DNA of 63,983 bases, counting the filler, from Collodictyon triciliatum (taxonomy: Eukaryota), in the NCBI GenBank assembly GCA_043381765.1. It is 14 parts of 14 records of this genome, joined end to end, with 100 filler letters (N's around TTAATTAATTAA, not from the genome) between each part and the next. Parts side by side here need not be neighbours in the genome. Positions count along the whole stretch, not along the records: positions 50,210 to 55,321 come from JBHJMP010005478.1; positions 55,422 to 60,528 come from JBHJMP010005479.1; positions 60,629 to 62,122 come from JBHJMP010005514.1; positions 62,223 to 63,983 come from JBHJMP010005578.1; 10 more parts are not named here. One strand, written 5' to 3'. Position 1 is the first letter of the stretch. Each line of letters begins with the position of its first letter. Positions 55,265 to 63,983 of the stretch are shown here, one piece after another. The notes beneath the pieces are model-generated. The model had not been told where the DNA came from, searched no databases, and saw only the letters and a program-made list of their open reading frames with translations. Made by a program: the position numbers and the translations under genes.

Positions 55265-55488
55265 ACAACAAATTAATAAACATAAATAATAAAATAAAGG
55301 TCATGAAAAAAAGCGAGAAGANNNNNNNNNNNNNNNNNNNNNNNNNNNNNNNNNNNNNNNNNNNNTTAATTAATTAANNNNNNNNNNNNNNNNNNNNNNN
55401 NNNNNNNNNNNNNNNNNNNNNAAGAAGAAAAAAGAAAAATAATTAAAATTTCCGATTTGCATATTGTTTTTTGTTCACCGACGAGTAG

Positions 55489-55527
<39 letters not shown>

Positions 55528-57383
55528 ATTGCTTCACGCCGAAACAGAATGAAAAAAACTGAACGAAAAAAAATAAAAGAAAATAAAGGCTTACTCGAGA
55601 AGGTAAAAGACGAGGAAGCTGAACATCTTGCTGTGTATGAAACTTGTTAGTGCGCGTATAGAAGAGTGGCGATCAGTTTGACGGAGCCTGTGTAAAAGAT
55701 ACGCGTCTTTGCCAAGAGACTCGTGGCCCAACCCCAGGCACCCGGCGCGTGATTTACCCTTTTTGTGGTTTTCGCGCTTGTGAGATCGGCTGTGATCAAC
55801 AAACTTGGGGAGTATTCTTGATCATTTTGATGTGCAGCGACCCATCCGAATGGAGAGACCTTGCTTCATTATGGGTTTGAATGGGTTGTCTATAAGCTAT
55901 ACCTGGACAGTTGAATAAGGAATCTTTGGTCTGTGGCGGCAACACACAGACATCCATATCCTAATTTGGAATATTAGGGCTTGATGCAACTTGTCCCGAA
56001 TCTTGGCTCTGATTTGTTTGGAGGTTTATTGCTTGCCAAAAGCTGGGCGTGGTTTTGGTTGCGTTTCGTTTCGTTTCGTTTCGTTTCGTTGCTTTGTTGT
56101 GGGTGTGAAAATGACAAGGAAAGCTGCTCAGATTCACAATTTTCTCTTCAGCGACGATGGTATGAATTTGCCTCAAGAATTGCCGTCGAAAAGGGGGTCA
56201 CGTCTTGGCTTCCGTATCCAGCGTTCTTTTAATCCAGATCCACTTGCTCGTACCAAAGCTTCGCCTTCTCGTCATCTCTCGACATTTTAAGGCCACTCCT
56301 CACGCGATATGAGGAAAGCGAAATCACCGCACACATACAAATGAGGGTTAACTCCAACATCGATGATAGACATCCATCACTTCGAAACATAAAAAGAAAA
56401 TCGAGCGATAACATTATTATAGACGTTGGTCATTCTCATGTGCTACAAGGCCATCCACAAGCATTGCAAGTGGCAGACATCGTGCGTAAACAAGCATGAG
56501 AGACTAGCATCTTATAAAACACTATTCTCGAACTATTTTCCTTTACAGCTTGTGTGGCAGAGAGGAAAAGTCAGTCATGCGTACACTGTGTTTTCCCACC
56601 CTTGTATGGCGACAATTTCTCTTGAGCCCATAAAGTCACGGACAGTCCAACAATGCACCCCTGATTAAAATAAACAGAGATATATTGAGTCACATCAGCA
56701 GCCCAAATTCATCAAGATGACGAAAACAGCTCTTCTTTTTTTTTTTTTTTTGATCCAAAACAAAAGACACTGTTGGTCTGGAACGTGAATCTCAAAGAGT
56801 TGGTTGGAACCAAGGCGTTCCCTTCACAGCGGCAATTACAAATTCATCCATGTCTTTGATTCGCCTTTGCGTCTCATCATAGCAGAAAATGAATGAAAGG
56901 TATGTCATCAACAAATGATGTTTCGTCTGGAATACATCAGAGTAGTAAACCAGTTTCAATCACCAAATTCAAGAGGTAATTGTATTGACGCCATCTCTGG
57001 TTCAGTCGGGAAGGTGCTGCAATTCTAAAGAAATTTATATAAATTTCAGGAGAAACGTCACTTGAAATATTCATAGATGTGCAAAATTAGAATTCTTCAA
57101 CACATATTTTAATGAAATGTCTGTGTAAATAAGTTTCGTGAGGTAACTGGGGCAAGGCAGGTAGAACAGAGAGAAAAAAGAGAAAAGAAGGAACGATACA
57201 GTTTTATCACGTGTGTATCCCGTGATTTTTTTATTGGCGGTAGTTTGAGCATCAACAAGGGTTTCAAAATGAAAATGTTAGTACACTGCGCCATATGGTC
57301 GTTCTGCAGCCAAAATTGCAACAGCTAATTTTTGTTGAATGAGTTTATTATCATATATTGTAACTATTTTGCCAACGCCAATA

Positions 57384-59673
57384 TTAAAAAAGGCCAAATT
57401 TCTGTCGGAGATTAAGAAGCGATTTGACAATCGACACAGCACTGTTTGATGAGTATCCGCCACTGGGAACCATAACAATCGGGATGTCTCGGGTGAAGGC
57501 ATATTCAAATACAAGCTCGTCTCTTTTGATAACTCCATCAATGGAGACAGACAGTTCACCTTACAAAATAGTAGAGATGAAGATAAAAAAAAAAAAAGAC
57601 GGAGAAAAATTTAAGACAATCTCTCGGATATGATACTCTCTGTGTTAGTGTCACAAGGACATAGAAAATCGTTTGAATATCATAGATTAAGCAGTTGTTT
57701 AACATAACCTTCCAAATTAAATTTTTTTTTTGGAAAATGATGAATGGTAGTTACCTATGGCATCGCCTTCCAATACGTCTGTTCCAGCGTTGTAGTATAT
57801 TATATCAGGGGAGAACTCTTCAAAGGCCTTTTTTTATTACAAAAGACGAATAGAGGAATTATTGTAAGTATTTTTACCAGTATTAAATTATCACTGGTTG
57901 TTTTTTTTAAAAAAAAAAAAAATAGTTCTACCGTCTTAATAGCATATTTTAGTCGTGCAAGGTATACATCATCCTTTGTACCAGGTTCAAGTTCAATCAT
58001 CTAGAATTTAGCAAGCAAGAGTTAGAGAAAGGCATGTCGATGGGGAAAATAATAAAATTAATAATATAATTCAAAAGACAATAATATTAAATAATCATTG
58101 GAAATATGGTAATAAAAGGAAAATGTCACATCTGCTAAAAAAAAAAAAGAAGCTTTTTTGTGGCAAACGGATAAAAGTTTGAGAAACTTTATGTCAGTTT
58201 CGTTTACCTGCTTGATGGCTTTCTTCGCAAAATGGTCCATAGGATAATTTTGATAATTATAAGCATCAAGAATGTAGATATTGGGATCATCCATCCAAAA
58301 GCGTTCAAACCCATTTCCCTACCATTTATTTTGCGTAAGTCAGTAGCAAAAAAAAAAAAAAACGAAATCGTCTGAGTTAATGTACAATAGAGTGAACGAT
58401 GTGCCGTAGAGTATGCTACTATCGATCATATTCGAAATACCTGGTGTGCGTCTAAATCGATGTACATCATTTTTTTCAAGTAAGGATAAGCCTGTTGCGC
58501 CAGAAGCCATGAATAGGGTATATCACCAAACATGCACCAACCACCTGCGCTTGTTGGAGTACTATGATGAAATCCTGAAAAATATTGTCCTCATCAAAAT
58601 TCGTTCGTGAGAGAAAAATAGACAATAGGCAACACAATACATCAACCAGCAAATTGGCGTAGCCAAGATAGACTCGTACCTCCTCCTAGATTGAATGACC
58701 AGCCGCGTTGAATAGCAAAGTGTGTGGCGACGATTGTTCCTGCCATAGCGACCTTCATAGGGACTACAACCTTTACTCGCCATGAAGTACATCAAATTAA
58801 ATCATCGAGATGTTGGATAAGAGAATACTGGTTATAGGAGCCCAGCTATCGTGCATTTGTTCACTGCGCTGGATATATGATTCATATCCTGAAAGCTCTT
58901 GAATATGAATGGGAAAGCTACCTTAGATTCAGTCAAAAAGTATGGGAACATCGCTATGGGAGGAAATTCGCAGACATGTGCAACGCCGGCCGAAGATGAT
59001 ATGAATCGGAGATAATCCTCAGAATGTATGAGGAGGAGATCATCTCGAGTTGGAACACTCCTTGTGGTAGGAAACTGATCTTCCTTCAATATCCTGCATA
59101 TAAATTGTAAGAGAAAATGGTGAGCTCACCGTTCTGATAGAAAAAATAAGGTGTAAAAACAGTCAGCTATACGAATAAGACCTTTAAATGATCAAAACAT
59201 GTAAGAAACTAAAATGCAAGATGTGTCATAATTGTGCTTTTCTCAGAGGTATTGCTGCACAAAAAAAAAAAAAAATCTAAGGGTTCAGAGTAATGCTAAA
59301 TATCTGGTAAACACTCACTTGTGTTCGTGCACAAGGGCATTTCGTATGCGCCGATACTTTTTCGTGTCAAACGAGTGAAGATTTTCTATGCCTTTATAGA
59401 GCCCATACTTTGATTATTTTTAACATGGTAAACGTCTGTCACAGTCGAGGTAAAAAAAAAAAAAGAGGGGGATGTGGTCTCGATTGAATTAATGCAGAGA
59501 TATGTCCGAACTGCCCCAATAATAATAACAATAACAATAACAATAATAATAATACCCCAAAACGAGATGTTTACAGCATCGTGGTAGATGATCGGCACTT
59601 GATCTTTCCTCAAAGGAGCGGTGAAGCGCTCATAAAATGGAAAAGCAGCGTCCTCCTTACTTGCAGCCTCCAT
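57384..59673 (-). CDS. HDAC11: Class IV histone deacetylase (HDAC11-like), multi-exon
   Basis: NISFWGIENLHSFDTKKY, NLGG/GFHH, GGWCMFGDI, YIDLDAHQ/GNG, YNAGTDVLEGD, RDELVF, MVPSGGY. Confidence 0.9.
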
Positions 59674-59944
59674 CTGTCGAAATGATGAGGCTTCAGTATT
59701 TGTGAGCAGTCCTCGACTATGCTTTCTGCCTTTCGCTCGGATTTGCGCGAGGTTCATCGGGCAAAAAGCCTCACAAGCGCTGTTTTTTCCTGTTTTTTCT
59801 TTAATTTTTTTTTTTTGGCTGTGAATAGGAATTTATTCGCACGGATAAATTTCAAATCATATACATATTTGGTATCATTAACGTTCTCCGCAGAAGCGCT
59901 TTTTATTATGTGTTTGATGCGCGAATTGGAGTCATCACGTATTT

Positions 59945-60072
59945 TCTAGGTCTACTGGAAGGGGTATATCACCTTTCGATTGGTAAACTTGGTGCGCCAG
60001 TATCCAAGATCTCACCACTTTTTTTACATGGTTATGTAGTGGTGAAGGCTGCCAGGAAAGACCCGACAGCCT
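59945..60072 (-). ncRNA. Candidate Fanzor omegaRNA scaffold
   Basis: Three abutting stem-loops starting at the nuclease stop codon: 60072-60046 (11 bp with two G-U pairs), 60045-60012 (8 bp + 4 bp), 60002-59953 (UACUGG/CCAGUA closing stem). Confidence 0.5.
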
Positions 60073-60528
60073 ATTTTTTAGAGGAAGGTGTATGAATATT
60101 TTGAATAATTAAAACAACTTTGTTGAGTATATTTATGGCGCTGTTAAAGTCCCTGTCAAGAATACAGTTTGTTTGCTTTCTGGGCGATTGCATTCTTTAC
60201 ATATGAGACATCTATACACTTTTTTTTTGAATTTCCTTTCGGTGTCATATATTCCAGTTCTTTTTCGCAGTTACGACTCGTCTTGGACGTTCTAAATTCA
60301 TCTGCACTTACTGTCTCAAAACCTTTGGATAGTATTTTTCGTAATCCTCTTCCGATTGTTGGCATAAAATGGTTCGTTCGACAATTTCTGCCCCAGTCTC
60401 CATACGCCAGTACAACATCCTCGCCAAATGTCTTTTCGATTCGGTTCATAAACAATTGTTCACTTCTTTTTGTATTAACATACTGTCTCCATCTCATCTT
60501 ACGAAAAGTTACTTGCCCATAAAATCTG
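60071..60528 (-). pseudogene. Fanzor (Fanzor1-like, TnpB-derived RuvC nuclease) C-terminal fragment with two frameshifts
   Basis: FYGQVTFRKMRWRQYVNTKRSE..VVLAYGDW (RuvC-I), DEFRTSKT(S)RNC (RuvC-II + Zn finger), shifted VYRCLICKEC, shifted RDFNSAINILN (RuvC-III). Confidence 0.85.
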
Positions 60529-60746
60529 NNNNNNNNNNNNNNNNNNNNNNNNNNNNNNNNNNNNNNNNNNNNTTAATTAATTAANNNNNNNNNNNNNNNN
60601 NNNNNNNNNNNNNNNNNNNNNNNNNNNNATATTCTCGTCATGGATTTGAAAAAAAAAAAAAAAAGGTGAGAAATTAGATCGAAATGAGAGCCATTCTCAT
60701 TTCCATGGCCATTGATGTCGCCATCACTACTTTTGAAATGTACTTT

Positions 60747-61312
60747 ATCATCACTTTCATCACCACCACTTTCATCATCATCACTTTCATCATCATCACT
60801 TTCATCACCATCACTTTCATCACCATCACTTTCATCATCACTTTCATCACCATCACTTTCATCACCACCACTTTCATCACCATCACTTTCATCACCACCA
60901 CTTTCATCATCATCACTTTCATCACCACCACTTTCATCACCACCACTTTCATCATCGCCACTTTCATCACCACCACTTTCATCACCACCACTTTCATCAC
61001 CACCACTTTCATCATCACCACTTTCATCATCATCACTTTCATCATCATCACTTTCATCATCATCACTTTCATCACCACCACTTTCATCACCACCACTTTC
61101 ATCACCATCACTTTCATCACCACCACTTTCATCACCATCACTTTCATCACCACCACTTTCATCATCATCACTTTCATCATCATCACTTTCATCACCACCA
61201 CTTTCATCACCACCACTTTCATCACCACCACTTTCATCATCACCACTTTCATCATCACCACTTTCATCATCACCACTTTCATCATCATCACTTTCATCAC
61301 CACCACTTTCAT
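60747..61312. repeat. 15-bp minisatellite (CTTTCATCAYCAYCA)n in an intron
   Basis: Direct inspection; generates spurious DESGG / MKVVV ORFs. Confidence 0.92.
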
Positions 61313-61347
61313 CCACACACAATAAGAAAAAGCAGGATGCAAGAGAC

Positions 61348-61938
61348 CTGGACCACTGCGCGAGGCCAGTGCCCGTCAGGAATCCAGCCGTCGTGGTCGA
61401 GGACGTCGACGAAGAGGGTGGAGGGCGGGGCGGGCGGGGCAGACTTTGCGAGGAAGGGCTGGCAGAGCCTGGGGAGGGCGAGGGCCTGGGCAAAGAGCAG
61501 GGGGCGTGCGGGGCGGGGCTGGACCAAGAGCAGCAGGACTCTGGGGGCGGAGGCTGCGTGCGTGCGGGGCAGCGACGCGAAGAGGGCGGCGGCCGTCTGC
61601 GCCACGAGGTCCGGGCGGGCGGGGCTGTTTGCGCGCGAGGACGCGGCGTCCACCGTGGCGACCGAGACGGACTTGACGGCGCCATCACGGAGGAACGGCA
61701 CGAGCACCTGCTGCGCCTGCGGCTTCTGCTGCTCCAGGAGGCTCTGCCCGAGCGGGCTGTCCAGCGCCTCCCCAAACGCCGCCAGGCTGCCGTGCGACTC
61801 CAGCGTGCGCCGCACCCCGCTCCCCTTCTCCTGCAGCTGCGGCAGCGTGCTTTCGCTGCACACAACAAGCACGTGGTCCACCGCCCCAAAGTTCTCTGCG
61901 ACGCAGAGGTTCACAAACTCGACTCGGTCTGGCCGCAT
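61348..61938 (-). CDS. First exon of an M17 aminopeptidase, NPEPL1-like N-terminal domain
   Basis: SSRANSPARPDLV..LFAQALALPRLCQPFLAKS resembles the NPEPL1 SRHNSP..ALARAFPLF pattern; GT donor after VVQ; catalytic domain not in contig. Confidence 0.55.
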
Positions 61939-62222
61939 CGCTCCTGAGGTGCTCTGGTGAGTGTGGAGTCTTTTGTTTTCGTTCATGCTTTTTGTTTTTT
62001 TTGGTATTTTTTTGGTTTTTTGGTGGTTTTTTGGTTTTTTTTTGGTTTTTTTTTGGTTTTTTTGGTTTTTTTGGTTTTTTTGGTTTTTTTGGTTTTTTTG
62101 GTTTTTTTGGTTTTTTTGGTTTNNNNNNNNNNNNNNNNNNNNNNNNNNNNNNNNNNNNNNNNNNNNTTAATTAATTAANNNNNNNNNNNNNNNNNNNNNN
62201 NNNNNNNNNNNNNNNNNNNNNN

Positions 62223-63010
62223 GGCGACTCGGACAAAAAGCGATACATCGTTGTTAGTCTGGTATTCACGGAAGTGGCGCTTGACCGTCCCCTGGTTTCG
62301 GGAACCATGCGTATTTGGTAATGGACTTTGCTTAACCGGAGTATGGATACGCGTTTGTGGTTTTAGAAACATACGCTCCTGCTTGCTCGGACTGTCTTTA
62401 GTGTGTGAAGTTCCAAGCTTGGATTCGACTTGTGGCATTTGTTCTTGCTCCTTGGTTCTCGGTGCGACGGGCTGGGGCAGGGTAAATGGACTATCTTTGG
62501 TGGGCGCTGGTTCTTTTGTTGGTTTTGTTTTGGGGTATCCTTTCGGATAAATAACGAAGACTGCCTTGATGCCTCCTATGTTAGCCATATTCACGTCAGT
62601 CTGAATAGGTAGTTTAAAGGGGGGTTCTTTCGGGGTTTGGAGATGCGCTGCTCTTGGGTCTTGCGATGTGCGGGATTGTCCAGCGTTGGCGGTGGATGGC
62701 TCGAGTGCGAGGATTCTGAAGAGGAACCGATATTTCCTTCCATGTCATTGTCGCTGTCGCTGTATGCGCGTATCTGCTGTGAGTCTTGTGGACTAGTTGT
62801 TGCCTGGCCTTGGCTTCCTTGACCCCGTTGCTGCTTGTCTGCTTGGTAGGTGTATTCTTTTGTGGAGCTTTTACTTGTCGTTCGTTCTTCGCGGCTGGCG
62901 GACGCTCTTTGAGGATGCGCTTTGGGCACTTTTTGCCCATGACCGTAAACTTTGCAGGGAGCTGGTTCTTGTGACAAAGAAGCTTCACCACGGCCGTGTC
63001 TGTGAAGAAG
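62223..63010 (-). pseudogene. Broken low-complexity ORF, possible retrotransposon ORF1/gag remnant
   Basis: ~50% GC block in AT-rich context; overlapping frame-shifted K/P/S/T/Q-rich ORFs with no splice pattern. Confidence 0.3.
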
Positions 63011-63983
63011 CCTTTATACTTTTCCTCTTTTATTATTATGTGATGGATACGCTTTATTTTTTTTGGAGCGAAATATCATTTCGTCGTATTGAGATGTTTA
63101 CCATTAGAATGCTTATTCCCTTCTTTTCAAACCTTTTACTTTTTTTGAACGACGATATTCGTGTGCGGTCTCTGTGACCCATTCTAGAAAAAAAAAAAAA
63201 AAGATTATATGGTTATGTCCACTCACAACAATACTGCAACGATGCAATCAAGGCGTAGTTTGGCGCAGTGATATCTTGCGGGTTGATTCTTCATACAAAG
63301 TGCCACCAAAGTCAAAGCATACGCAGTCATTCACTTTATGTTGCCTAACTGATATATTGGATTGGATTACGAAGGAAAGATATTTTGGATTATAAGTTGA
63401 ACCAAAAATGCGTGAAAATACGAGGAAATCAGTTCAAAAACAATATCTATAAAATATGATTATATAGAGAAATATTTTATTTTCCAGAAGTACTAACATT
63501 ACTTAGGTTTAATGAATATGTCCATTACTGGAATTACAATTATGCCCGTTGTGTGACTGGGTTTATCCAACGACACTCGAGCGATGGGTCAAATCAGCGA
63601 CGCCAAAACAGAATCGAAAAGCTAGGGTGGTAATCAATTCACTGCAATTCAGTAAGTAAACGAGAATCACGAAAGCAGCACATAGTCAAACAATGCAGAC
63701 GAATTTCGAAGAATTATCACGTTGCAGTTTATACTTTCGTGTTGGAAGTGGGCGCTGAGACATGATTCAACGAGGCAAACGGCCTTTTTTTTCTTTATAG
63801 TGGGCTGTGTGGGTTATTACCGCTTTTAGTTGGAATGAAGTTACAAAGATAAAACAAAAATCGATAAAGTCAAGAAAGTGTAAATGAAGATGATTTTTTT
63901 TTTTTTTTTTTTTTTGTAAAAAAAAAGTAACCTTTATTTTTATTAAAAAAAAAAAAAAATATAAAACAAAAAGAAAATAAAAA

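Noticed and set aside
54400-57030. Exon-like stretches at the end of one contig and the start of the next
   Set aside because: Could not assemble a consistent spliced frame or recognise a family; left unannotated
60573-61947. 438-aa and 411-aa ORFs with DESGG / SSPPL repeats
   Set aside because: Produced by a stop-free 15-bp intronic minisatellite fused to shadow frames of a GC-rich exon

Overview
Eukaryotic draft-genome sequence from an intron-rich, microsatellite-rich organism, probably a protist. The window is about 14 unrelated contigs (most ~5.1 kb) joined by artificial N-TTAATTAATTAA-N linkers, so adjacency across linkers is meaningless. Host genes (mostly partial, GT-AG spliced): DENN/SBF-domain protein, a multi-TM + LRR protein probably spliced onto a truncated-globin domain, dynein light chain LC8, Ran, PP2C, an exon-modular LRR protein, MCM8, DUF4062-NACHT ATPase, ARM-repeat protein, ERG8-type phosphomevalonate kinase, ankyrin protein, NUDT14-like Nudix hydrolase, HDAC11-like deacetylase and NPEPL1-like aminopeptidase. 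Most notable: (1) a fragment of an apparently endogenous Polinton-like virus (13.7-17.1 kb) with a double-jelly-roll-type capsid gene, a shared T(C/G)T-N10-ATG motif before all four ORFs, a 34-bp inverted repeat and a 16-bp-arm palindrome at the host junction; (2) a decayed Fanzor (eukaryotic TnpB-like RNA-guided nuclease) with a structured omegaRNA-like region directly after its stop (59.9-60.5 kb); (3) a family of 26-42 nt poly(A)-tailed insertions with 14-16 bp target-site duplications that match the 3' end of a LINE remnant; (4) the TM-LRR-globin fusion. All family assignments come from motif recognition by eye; no searches were run, and outer coordinates of spliced genes are approximate.
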